DNA of 64,000 nt from Malacoraja senta (Eukaryota): positions 186,001-250,000 of the forward strand of contig JAXLNO010000202.1 of assembly GCA_038087875.1 (NCBI GenBank). Direction: 5' to 3'. The translations under genes were made by a program, and so were the position numbers. This document shows, piece by piece, positions 51,170 to 63,694 of the stretch. How positions within the stretch are numbered: the stretch's first letter is position 1; the number at the start of each line of letters is the position of its first letter. Below the pieces are notes generated by a model that was not told the DNA's origin, searched no databases, and saw only the letters and a list, made by a program, of their open reading frames with translations.

Positions 51170-51685
51170 GAAACGTCACCCATTTCTTCTCCACAGATGC
51201 TGCCTGACCCGCTGAGTTACTCCAGCACTCTGTGAAACGTCACCTATCCATGTTCTCCACAGATGCTGCCTGACCCGCTGAGTTACTCCAGCACTCTGTG
51301 AAACGTCACCTATCCATGTTCCGGCAGCATCTATAGAGCGAAGGAAATAGGCAACGTTTCGGCCCGAAACCCTTCTGGGTTTCGGCCCAAAACATTGCCT
51401 ATTTCCTTCAGGGTTTCGGCCCGAAAGGTTGCCCATTTCCTTCGCTCCACAGATGCTGCCTGACCCGCTGAGTTACTCCAGCACTCTGTGAAACGTCACC
51501 TATCCATGTTCTCCACAGATGCTGCCTGACCCGCTGAGTTACTCCAGCACTCTGTGAAACGTCACCTATCCATGTTCTCCACAGATGCTGCCTGACCCGC
51601 TGAGTTACTCCAGCACTCTGTGAAACGTCACCTATCCATGTTCTCCACAGATGCTGCCTGACCCGCTGAGTTACTCCAGCACTTT
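51170..51685 (+). repeat. 66-bp array plus fold-back cassette (51323-51460)
   Basis: Same junction and cassette. Confidence 0.9.
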
Positions 51686-51765
51686 GTGTCTATCTTTGGT
51701 TTAAACCAGCAGTTCCTCCTCCACACCTCAGAGAAGGAGAACAGGACACAGTGTGAACAGCAGGG

Positions 51766-51972
51766 ATGACGGGTCAGTTTGTGTGTTGGTCAGTGTGACG
51801 GGTCAGTGTGACGGTCAGTGTGACGGGTCAGTGTGACGGGTCAGTGTGACGGTCAGTGTGATGGGTCAGTTTGTGTGTTGGTCAGTGTGACGGGTCAGTG
51901 TGATGGGTTCAGTGTGACGGTCAGTGCATGCATTGGTCAGTGTGACGGGTCAGTGCGTGCATTGGGCAGTGT
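51766..51972. repeat. (GGTCAGTGTGACG)n short repeat
   Basis: Direct reading. Confidence 0.85.
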
Positions 51973-54020
51973 GGCTAAAGACATTGTAGTGGGTTATTGA
52001 GTTGACAAGAGCATTAAATCACCAGACAATCTGATTCACTGGAACAACATCAGCAGTTGGTGAAGTGAAAGGAAAATGAACGAAACAATGACACTAATCC
52101 AACTGGGCTAAATTAGAACAAGTGTCTCGACCCGAAACGTCACCCATTCCTTCTCTCCAGAGTCTATCTTGGGCTAAATTAGAAACTTTAGACAGGAGTT
52201 TGAGTGTGAGATTTCTACTTGGAGTTGTAGAGTCCTACAGTAATACAGCAGGGAAACAGGCCCTTCGGCCCAACTTGTCCATGCCGACCAACATGTCCCA
52301 GCTACACTTGTCCCACCTGCCCACATTTGGCCCATATCACTCTAAATCTGCCCTATCCCATGTACCTAAATGCTGGAGTAACTCAGCGGGACAGGCAGGC
52401 AGCATCTCTGGAGAGATGGAATGGGTGATGTTTCAGGTCAAGATCCTTCTTCACACGATGGGACTTCAGCTTCAAGGTACAGTATGTCTACTATCCATGT
52501 ACCTGTTCAAGTGTCTTTAAATGCCGGTACAGTACCTGCCTCAAGTACCTCCTCTGGCAGCTCGTTCCAGACTTCAATAAACTGGTGCAGTCCACTTCAC
52601 ACACCAAAATTATTAAAAATGTTCTTCAGAGCGAAGAGTATAATTGAAGTTAATGGTGCTGCACAGTGAACTCTCTGCAGGACCAGAGGGAAGCTTTAGT
52701 TTTAATTCAGATGGTTTCTGAAATATCATTTACATTAACAAACGTTCTAATGCACAGGCAGCTAAAAATCATTTCATGAAGCAAAGTAGTTTGGGAAGTT
52801 GATGATAATTTTAATTCAGGAATCGTAGGTAATGTTGAATTCAGAAATCGGACTGAGGACAATAGACAATAGACGATAGAGAATAGGAACAGGAGTCGGC
52901 ATTCGGCCCTTCGAGCCAGCACCACCATTCAATGTGATCATGACTGATCATCCCCAATCAGTACCACCGTTCCTGCCTTCTCCCCATATCCCTTAACTCC
53001 GCTATCCCTAAGTGCTCTATCTAACTCTTGGTGAGTTGGTTAGACAGTCAATGAGTTGTGTAGGGACATCTGTCTGCTGTGTTTGTCTGGACCAAGCACA
53101 CTGTGACAACATTGTTTGTGGTGTCATCATCACCAAACTGAATCAGATTTATTCACCACACAAGACATCACCTTAGGCCACAGACGGCGGTCGAGGCCAA
53201 GTCAATGGGTATTTTTAAGCAGAGACAGATTGATTCTTGATTAGTGCGTGTGTCAGGGGGTTATGGTGGGAAGGCAGGAGAATGGGGCTAGGAGGGAGAA
53301 ATAGACTCGATGGGCCGAATGGCCTAATTCCACTCCTATCACTCATGACCTTCTGAACACAAGGAACTGCAAATGCTGGAATCTAGAGCCAAAACACAAA
53401 GTGCTGGGGGAACTCAGCAGGTCAGGCAGCATCTGTGGAGGGAATGGACAGGCGATGTTTCGGGTCAGGACTCTTCTTCAGACCAATGGAGTAATTATAA
53501 TTTCAGGTAACATGCCCCTAACCCTTCTCTTCCCCCTGCCCAGACCCTACCCCAGCGGGCACACATCACCCCCACCCTCTCCCATCCTCCCCCCCCCCTC
53601 CAATCAGCCTGCTCCTTGCCCCTCCTACGCACGCTACTCCTGTTCCCCAGCCACACATTGCCCTTTCAACCACCCCCTCACCCCCACATCCCTCCCTCTG
53701 GCTTCACATTCCTCTCCTCATCTTCTCTCCGTATCTGACTCCCTTTTGTCTCCTTTTCACCTCCAGCCTTTGTCACTTACTCCGCCCATCTGCCACTCAC
53801 TCCCCTCACCTGTATCCACCTATCACTCGCCAGGCTTGTTCCCCCCCACCTCCCTTGTCTAGCCTCCCCTCCCCAACTCCACCAGTCTACAACCCCTAGG
53901 GAGATGGTATCAATGAATGCTGAAGATATTTGTCCAATCCATGATACAAATGCCACTGCAGTCCCTGGCATTGGGCTATGGTGGGTGGCTCTGTCATGAG
54001 ACCGCTTGCTGCAGGCCAGT

Positions 54021-54348
54021 GTTTAGTTTAGTTTAGAGATACAGCATGGAAACAGGCCCTTCGTCCCACCCAGTCCACACCAACCAGCGATCCCCGCACA
54101 CTAACACTATCCTACACACACTAGGGACAATTTACAATTTCCAGAAGCCAATTAACCTACAAACCTGCACGTCTTTGGAGTGTGGGAGGAAACTGAAGAT
54201 CTCGGAGAAAACCCACGCAGGTCACGTGGAGAACGTACAAACTCCGTACAGACAGCACCCGTAGTCAGGATGGAACCCGGGTCTCTGGCGCTGTGAGGCG
54301 CCAACTTTACCAGCTGTACTACCGTGCCGTGACGCCACCGTGCCGCCC
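54021..54348 (-). mobile_element. V-SINE (HE1-like)
   Basis: Full reverse-complement copy. Confidence 0.85.
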
Positions 54349-55171
54349 AACTCTCAGATGCTACATGATGGCGTTCTCCATGTTAGATTAAAACAGCTGA
54401 TGATTGAAGGGTGTGTGGGGAGAAGGGAGGAGTTGACAGCAAGGAGGTCCTCTTGTTGAGTAATGGAAGCAGAGTCACGAAGAGACCAGGTTCTAGACTG
54501 AGCTGGCCTGACTGTTGAGGGAGGATATAGTACACAAATAGAGATGAGGAAAGAGCCCGTGAATTACACTCAAACCTCATTTCAATGTCCTTTACAAAAT
54601 ATAACGGAGATAATTTATCTTTGAATTGAAATTGAAATTTGATTTGCACGGATTGAGATGGGCTTTTGAACTTAGATAGATAACTTCAAGACCAAGGAAC
54701 AAAACAAGGTTCAAGACATTTTAAATTAAAGGAAACATTTGATCTTCAACATATTATTGATATATTCATCCTGGCTCCAGAGCTCCAGTGATGATCCAGC
54801 AAATCAAAACTGAGTGTGATTATTGCTATCACATTGCTCCATAAACTTGTTTCAACTGGTGATGTTCTTTTATTCTAATCACATCTGGCTTTATTAATGC
54901 AGAAACAAATTATAGTAAACTCAAAGGCACAAAGTGCTGGAGTAACTCAGCGGGTCAGGCAGCATCTGTGGAGAACATGGATAGGTGACGTTTCACAGAG
55001 TGCTGGAGTAACTCAGCGGGTCAGGCAGCATCTGTGGAGAACATGGATAGGTGACGTTTCACAGAGTGCTGGAGTAACTCAGTGGGTCAGGCAGCATCTG
55101 TGGAGAACATGGATAGGTGACGTTTCACAAAGTGCTGGAGTAACTCAGCGGGTCAGGCAGCCTCTCTGGAG

Positions 55172-55715
55172 ATGCACTTTCGTACCTTCCATACTTTTAC
55201 CTGATGGGAGAGGGGAGAAGAGGGAGTGGCCAGGGTTCGACTTGTCTTTGATTATGCTGCTGGCCTTGCCGAGGCAGTGTGAGGTATAAATGGAGTCAAT
55301 AGAAGGGAGGTTGGTTTGTGTGATGGTCTGGGCTGTGTCGATAATTCTTGCGTCTTGGATGGAGCTGTTCCCAAACCAAGCTGTGACACATCCCGATAAA
55401 ATGCTTTCTATGGTGCATCTGTAGAAGTTGGTGAGAGTTGTTGGGGACATGCTGAACTTCCTAAGCCTTCTGAGGAAGTAGAGGCGTTGGTGTGCTTTCT
55501 TGGTCGTTGCTTCAATACGGGTGGTCCAGGAGAAGTTGTTGTTGATATTGACTCCTAGGGATTTGAAGTTTTCAGACATCTCTACTTCAGCACCATTAAT
55601 GCAAACTGAAGAATGTGAACCACTTCACTTCCTGAAGCCCATCACTATCTCCTGTGTCTTGTTGACATTGAGAGAAAGATTGTTGTCTCAACACCAGGAC
55701 ACGAGGTTCTCAATC
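55172..55715 (-). mobile_element. Rex1/L2-like LINE ORF2 C-terminal fragment
   Basis: FKSLGVNI...KKAHQRLYFLRRLRKF...FYRCTIESIL; partly repeated after the gap. Confidence 0.8.
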
Positions 55716-56225
55716 TTGCTGTCTTTCCCTGTCGTAACCAGTTCGTAACCAGTTCCTAACCAGTTCCTAACCAGTTCCAACATCAAAGGTCTATCCCTAC
55801 AGAAGAACAGCCCAGATTCACACATGTCTTTCCTAATTGTAGAGCTGACCAAGATGCCCCATCCAAGGTAGTCCCATCTGCCCATCCCATCCCATCTGTG
55901 TTTCATCCATATCCCTCTCAACCTTTCATATCCATATACCTCTCCAAGCATAGGTTTACAAGGTTAATTCCCGGGATGGCGGGACTGTCATATGCTGAGA
56001 GAATGGAGCAGCTGGGCTTGTACACTCTGGAGTTTAGAAGGATGAGAGGGTATCTTATTGAAACATATAAGATTATTAAGGGTTTGGACACACTAGAGGC
56101 AGGAAACATGTTCCCGATGTTGGGGGAGTCCAGAACCAGGGGCCACAGTTTAAGAATAAGGAGTAAGCCATTTAGAACGGAGACGAGGAAACACTTTTTC
56201 ACACAGAGAGATATGAGTCTGTGGA

Positions 56226-56425
56226 NNNNNNNNNNNNNNNNNNNNNNNNNNNNNNNNNNNNNNNNNNNNNNNNNNNNNNNNNNNNNNNNNNNNNNNNNNN
56301 NNNNNNNNNNNNNNNNNNNNNNNNNNNNNNNNNNNNNNNNNNNNNNNNNNNNNNNNNNNNNNNNNNNNNNNNNNNNNNNNNNNNNNNNNNNNNNNNNNNN
56401 NNNNNNNNNNNNNNNNNNNNNNNNN
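56226..56425. other. Assembly gap (200 N)
   Basis: Run of N. Confidence 0.99.
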
Positions 56426-57014
56426 ATGGAGCTGTTCCCAAACCAAGCTGTGACACATCCCGATAAAATGCTTTCTATGGTGCATCTGTAGAAGTTGGTG
56501 AGAGTTGTTGGGGACATGCTGAACTTCCTAAGCCTTCTGAGGAAGTAGAGGCGTTGGTGTGCTTTCTTGGTCGTTGCTTCAATACGGGTGGTCCAGGAGA
56601 AGTTGTTGTTGATATTGACTCCTAGGGATTTGAAGTTTTCAGACATCTCTACTTCAGCACCATTAATGCAAACTGAAGAATGTGAACCACTTCACTTCCT
56701 GAAGCCCATCACTATCTCCTGTGTCTTGTTGACATTGAGAGAAAGATTGTTGTCTCAACACCAGGACACGAGGTTCTCAATCTTGCTGTCTTTCCCTGTC
56801 GTAACCAGTTCGTAACCAGTTCCTAACCAGTTCCTAACCAGTTTCAACATCAAAGGTCTATCCCTACAGAAGAACAGCCCAGATTCACACATGTCTTTCC
56901 TAATTGTAGAGCTGACCAAGATGCCCCATCCAAGGTAGTCCCATCTGCCCATCCCATCCCATCTGTGTTTCATCCATATCCCTCTCAACCTTTCATATCC
57001 ATATACCTCTCCAA

Positions 57015-57498
57015 GCATAGGTTTACAAGGTTAATTCCCGGGATGGCGGGACTGTCATATGCTGAGAGAATGGAGCAGCTGGGCTTGTACACTCTGGAGT
57101 TTAGAAGGATGAGAGGGTATCTTATTGAAACATATAAGATTATTAAGGGTTTGGACACACTAGAGGCAGGAAACATGTTCCCGATGTTGGGGGAGTCCAG
57201 AACCAGGGGCCACAGTTTAAGAATAAGGAGTAAGCCATTTAGAACGGAGACGAGGAAACACTTTTTCACACAGAGAGATATGAGTCTGTGGAATTCTCTG
57301 CCTCAGAGGGCGGTGGAGGCAGGTTCTCTGGATACTTTCAAGAGAGAGTTAGATAGGGCTCTTAAAGATAGCGGAGTCAGGGGATATGGGGAGAAGGCAG
57401 GAACGGGGTACTGATTGTGGATGATCAGCCATGATCACAGTGAATGGCGGTGCTGGCTCGAAGGGCCGAATGGCCTACTCCTGCACCTTTGTCTATTG
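57015..57498 (+). mobile_element. CR1 LINE 3' fragment (its 5' part is also present before the gap at ~55948-56225)
   Basis: ORF 56965-57414 is the CR1 C-terminus. Confidence 0.85.
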
Positions 57499-58144
57499 AT
57501 CCTTCCTAACAACTGGATGAAAATGGGTCATTTTAAATTCTGGGAAGGTGGGAGACAGGGAGAGGCGAAAACAAGTGAGTCAATGAAGCTCGAGTTAGAG
57601 GGGGAATCTCACACCTAGTACAACACAGGAACAGGCCCTTCGGCCCACAATGTCTGTGCTGTACACGATGCTAAGTTAAACAAATCTCCTTTGCCTGCAC
57701 GTGATCCATATCCATATCCCTCCATTCCCTGCATATCCATGTGCCTATCCAAAAACCTCTCAAACACCACTATCGTATCTGCCTCCATCACCATCCCTGC
57801 CAACGCGTTCCAGGCCCCCACCACCCTCTGTGTAAAACACGTACCCCGCACATCTCCTTTAAACTTTCCCCCTCACCTTATAGCTATGCCCTATGGTGTT
57901 GGACATTTGCACGCTGGGGAAAAGGTTCTGACTGTCTACCCTCTCTATGTCTGTGAATAAACGACACTCCAGTCCCCTCCCGGCCTGCTGTTGTCACGAA
58001 GCTGAGGAGCCGTTTGTGAATATTTATACCCACTCAGCTCTGGAGATAGTCTCTAAATCCTGCTGCTGCTGCTGCCAGATCCTGCCCTCTCTTACATTTT
58101 ATAATAAACGCTGCATTGTACTTTGCTGACAGAAAATAAAATGT

Positions 58145-58158
58145 GTTGCCGTGGCAAC
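58145..58158. promoter_or_regulatory. Candidate RFX X-box (GTTGCC-GT-GGCAAC)
   Basis: Palindromic match to the X-box consensus GTNRCC(N0-3)RGYAAC, inside a ~600-bp repeat-free island. Confidence 0.4.
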
Positions 58159-60532
58159 CCACACTGGCGTGTCAGAAAATGATTTAAAATATGCAAACCC
58201 AATCCTTTCATGAAATACCATTCAATCAGTTCCACACGGTGTAGCCATCTATTTTTTGTCTTGAGAACTTATTAACATAATAAACACCAGTCGCACAAAG
58301 ATATTAAAGGCATGTCAGAATAATGCAAGAAGGGGTTGCTTTAGGATCAGGAGTGGTGCTCCTCAAAGAGATAACTCCAATGCGCTGACGTAGCTGAGAT
58401 ACCGATGTCCACACTTCACACACACACACAACCACACTCCTTCCAGTAGTGAACGGAGGACCCTGGAGAGTTAGCAATGACCAAGGAAGCGAGCCAATGC
58501 CTTTGGCATGTCCACTACAACTCTCATCAACTTCCACATATGCTCCATAGAAAAGACCTTATTACAATGCGTCACAGCCCAGACCATCACACAAACCAAC
58601 CTCCCTTCCATTGACTCCATCTACACCTCACGCTGCCTCGGCAAGGCCAGCAGCACAATCAAGGACCAGTCGCACCCCGGCCACTCCCTCTTCTCCCCTC
58701 TCTGTGGAATTCTCTGCCTCAGAGTACGGTGGAGGCGGGTTCTCTCGATGCTTTCAAGAGAGAGCTAGATAGGACTTAAAAATAGCAGAGTCAGGGATAT
58801 GGGGAGAAGGCAGGAACGGGGCACTGATTGGGGATGATCAGCCATGATCACATTGAATGGTGGTGCTGGCTCGAAGGGCCGAATGGCCTACTCCTGCACC
58901 TATTGTCTATTGTCTATTGTCTCTCCCATCAGGCAAGAGGTACAGAAGTGTGAAAACGCACACCTCCAGATTCAGGGCCAGTTTCTTCCCAGCTGTTATC
59001 AGGCAACTGAACCATCCTACCACAACCAGAGAGCAGTGCTGAACTACTATCTACCTCATTGGTGACCCTCGGACTATTTTTGATCGGACTTTGCTGGCTT
59101 TACCTTGCACTAAGCGTTATTCCCTTGATCGTGTATCTGTACACTGTGGACGGCTCGATTGTAATCATGTATTGTCTTACCGCTGACTGGTTAGCACGCA
59201 ACGAAAGCTTTTCATCGTATCTCGGTGCACGTGACAATAAACTAAACTGTATTGAACTGAACTGAAGTGGATAGTTGCAGCTTTCAACACAATTGTCAGC
59301 TCGTGTGGTGAACACTTCATGGAGATTGAGGCTGGCTTACTGCGAGATGGGATTTCCAGATCACAGCAAGGAAACCCTGGACATTTGTGGCCCGTGTGTC
59401 GGCACTAGGCCTGTACTCGCTGGAATTTAGAAGAATCAGGGGGGACCTCATTGAATAGTGAAAGGCCTGGATAGAGTGGATGTGGAGAGGATGTTTCCAC
59501 TAGTGGAAGAGTCTAGGACCAGAGGCCACAGCCTTAGAATTAAAGGACGTTCTTTTATTAAAGAGATGAGGAGGAATTTCTTTAGTCAGGGAGTGCTGAA
59601 TCTGTGGAATTCTTTGCCACAGACGGCTGTGGAGGCAAAGTCAATGGATATATTTAAGGCAGAGATAGATAGATTCTTGATTAGAACAGGTGTAGAGGTC
59701 ATTTAAGACTGAGGTGAGAAAAAACATTTTCACCCAGAGAGTTGTGAATTTATGGAATTCCCTGCCACAGAGGGCAGTGGAGGCCAAATCACTGGATGGA
59801 TTTAAGAGAGAGTTAGATAGAGGGCTAGTGGAGTCAAAGGATATGGGGAGAAGGCAGGCACGGGTTATTGATAGGGAACGATCAGCCATGATCACAATGA
59901 ATGGCGGTGCTGGCTCGAAGGGCCGAATGGCCTCCTCCTGCACCTAATTTCTATGTTTTCTATGTTTTCTATGTTATGAGGAGAAGGCAGGAGAATGGGG
60001 TTTGGAGGGAGAGATAGATCAGCCAAGATTGAATGGCGGAGTAGACTTGATGGGCCAAATGGTCTAATTCTGCTCCTATCATAGAGTCATACAGTGTGGA
60101 AACAGGCCCTTCGGCCCAACTTTCCCACACCACCCAACATGTCCCAGCTACACTAGTCCCACCTGCCCGCGTTTGGTCCATATCCCTCCAAACCTGCCCT
60201 ATCCATGTACCTGTCTAACTTTTTCTTAAACGATGGGATAGTCCCAGCCTCAAATACCCCCTCTGGCAGCTTGTTCCATACACCCACCACCCTCTGTGTG
60301 AAAACGTTACCTCTCAGATCCCTATTACATTTTTTCCCCTTCACCTTGAACCCATGTCCTCTGGTCCTCGATTCCCCTACTCTGGGCAAGAGACACTGTG
60401 CGTCTACCCGATCTATTCCTCTCATAATTGTATACACCTCTATAAGATCTCCCCACATCCTCTTTTTGAACATGATCTTATGACATAATTAACAGATGAC
60501 TCTTCAGATTCAACGACAATCAGAGTTGATCA

Positions 60533-60950
60533 GCACGGTGGCGCAGCGGGTAGAGCTGCTGCCTCACAGCGCCAGAGACCCGGGTTCAATCCTGACCACC
60601 GGTGCTGTCTGTACGGAGTTTGCACATTCTTCCCCCGACCGGGTGGATTTTCTCCGGGTGCTCCGGTTTCCTCCCATATTCCTAAAACATCCAGGTTTGT
60701 GGGTTGATAAAGTTTGTAGGTTCCGTCTGAAGAAGGGTCCCGATCCGAAACATCACCCATTCCTTCTGTTCAGAGATGCTGCCTGTCCCGCTGAGTTACT
60801 CCAGCACTTGCGTCCACCAGGTTTGTACATTAATTGGCTTTGGTAAAATTGTAAAATGTTCCCAGATGTGTAGGATAGTGTTAGTGTGCAGGGATCACTG
60901 GTCAGTGAGGACTCGTTGGGCCAAAGGGCCTGTTTCCGCCCTGTATCACT
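60533..60950 (+). mobile_element. V-SINE (HE1-like) with a nested Penelope-type terminus
   Basis: SINE head and V-domain, then an insert at ~60722-60810 carrying CTGAAGAAGGGTCCCGATCCGAAACATC, then the SINE tail. Confidence 0.75.
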
Positions 60951-61034
60951 GAAGTCTTCTGTGTCTATCGGAATCTTTGTAACTCAATCCAATCTTTATC
61001 TCCAGGAGAGTTACCTGTCATTCTGAATCCAATG

Positions 61035-62850
61035 AAGGGTGCACGGTAACTTGGACAGGTTGGGTGAGTGGGCCGATGCATGGCAGTTGCAGTTTAATGT
61101 GGACAAATGTGAGGTTATCCACTTTGGTGGCAAAAACAGGAAGGCAGATTATTATCTGAATGGTGTCAAGTTGGGAAAAGGGGAAGTACAACGGGATCTG
61201 GGGGTCCTTGTTCATCAGTCACTGAAAGTAAGCATGCAGGTATAGCAGACAGTGAAGAAGGCAAATGGCATGTTGGCCTTCATAACGAGAGGAGTTGAGT
61301 ATAGGAGCAAAGAGGTCCTTCTGCAGTTGTACAGGACCCTGGTGAGACCACACCTGAAGTATTGTGTGCAGTTTTGGTCTCCAAACTTGAGGAAGGACAT
61401 TCTTACTATTGAGGGAGTGCAGCGTAGGTTTACAAGGTTAATTCCTGGGTTGGCGGGACTGTCATTTGATGGAAGAATGGAGCAACTGGGATTTAGAAGG
61501 ATGAGAGGGCATCTTATCGAAACATATAAAATTATTAAGGGATTGGACAAGCTAGATGCAGGAAACATGTTCCTGATGTTGGGGGAGTCCAGAACCAGGG
61601 GCCATAGTTTAAGAATAAGGGGTATGCCATTTAGAACTGAGATGAGGAAAACATTTTCACAGAGAGAGTTGCGAATTTGTGGAATTCTCTGCCTCAGAAG
61701 GCAGTGGAGGCCAATTCACTGGATGCATTCAAAAGAGAGTTAGATAGAGCTAGTGGAATCAAGGGGTATGGGGAGAAGGCAGGAACGAGGTACTGATTGT
61801 GGATGATCACCCATGATCACATTGAATGGCGGTGCTGGCTCGAAGGGCCGAATGGCCTCCTTTTGCACCTATTGTCTATGTATCTATGTATACATGACAT
61901 AGAAAGCAGACCTGCCCAAGAAATGCAGAGATTCCAGTAGGCAAGTTATTGGAGAGGTTTCGGAGGGATAAGATACAAATGTATTTAGATAGACGGGCTG
62001 ATTAGAAATAGTCAGCATGGTTTTGTACGTGGGAGATAGTGTCTCACAAATCTGATTGAGTTTTTGAAGACATGATCTAAGAGATTGATGAGGGCAGAGC
62101 TGTAGATGTTGTCCCTATGGACCAAGGTATTTGTATGGGATCGCATGACATCCAGGGAGAGATAGCTGAATGGACAGAAAATTGGCTTCATGGAAGGAAG
62201 CAGAGGGTGATGGTGGAAGGTTGCTTCACAGACTGGAGGCCTGTGACTAGTGGTGTGCCTCAGGGTTCAGTGCTGGGCCCGTTACTGTTTGTCATCTACA
62301 TCAATGATTTGGATGAGAACATACAGGGCAAGATTAGCAAGTTTGCAGATGATACAAAAGTGAGTGGTTTTGCAGATAGTGAAGATGGTTGTGAAAGATT
62401 GCAGCAGGATCTGGATCGATTGGCCAGGTGGGTGGAGGAATGGTTGATGGAGTTTAATACAGAGAAGTGTGAGGTGTTGCATTTTGGGATGTCTAACAAG
62501 GGCAGGACCTACGGTTGGCTTCTAGGTAGTGTTGTAGAGCAGAGGGATCTAGGAGCACAGACACATAGTTGCCTGAAAGTTTCATCACAGTTAGATAGGG
62601 TGGTCATAGAGTCCATCGAGGCATGGACACAGGCCCTTCGGCCCAACATGCCAAGCCGACCAACATGCCTCATCTACACTAGTCCCACCTGCTTGCATTT
62701 GGCCCATATCCCTCCAAACTGTCCTATCCATGTACCTGTCTAAATGTTTTTTAAACATTGGCCTTCAAGTGCATGTTGGGATGTCATGTTATAGCTGTAC
62801 AAGGCATTGCTGAGGCCACATTTGGAGTATTGTGTTTAGTTTTGATCACT
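61035..62850 (+). mobile_element. Two adjacent truncated CR1 LINE fragments
   Basis: 61035-61890 covers late RT to tail. 61945-62850 has QHGF, GVPQGSVLGP and FADD. Confidence 0.85.
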
Positions 62851-63694
62851 ATAGAAACATAGAAAAATAGGTGCAGGAGTAGGCCATTCAGCCCTTCGAG
62901 CCAGCACCGCCATTCAATATGATCATGGCTGACCATCCCGTTCCTGCCTTCTCTCCATATCCCCTGACTCTGCTATCTTTAAGAGCATCTATCTAGCTCT
63001 CTCTTGAAAGTATCTTGAAACTAAACAAACTGCCCAAGCATCCGGTAAACAGCCAGAATTAGATGATTTCTGAACAATCTTAGTTAACACTGGAGCAATT
63101 GGGGAGGCAGGTTCGTTCAGGATCTCTGTAGGAATGGCGTCAGCACCTGAAGCTTTACTTGGATTCACTCTTGCAATCACTTCTCAACACCCTGCTTGTT
63201 GATACCAATGTTTGGCATGTCAGGAATGTCTGAGTCAAGGCAGGAGAATGGGGTCAGGCTCCGGTTTCCTCCCACACTCCAAAGACGTGCGGGTTTGTAG
63301 GTTAACTGGCTGTGTGTCAAATGAGCCCAGTGTGTAGGCAGTTGATGCGGAGGTGGGATAACATGGAACTGGTGTGAACAGATGATCGCTGGTCGGCATG
63401 GACTCGATGGGCCGAAGGGCCTGATTCCGTGCTGTATCTCTACACTAACCTAAAGAAACCGAGCTCTGTGCGGATGTTATTGTTGAGTGAAACCACAAGC
63501 CCAGACTGTTAACAAAGTAGAACCACCTGAATCAACTCACAGGAAGACCAGTCAATTAGAACCACTTTGCCACTGCCGCAGGGACTGTCTCTCTTCATTA
63601 TTGATTACGTGAAGGGCAGCCCCACTGGTGTTCCATCAGCCTGTCAGAGTGGCCGCCAGACCTGGCTGTGACAGCGTGAACAAGTCCTTCCACT

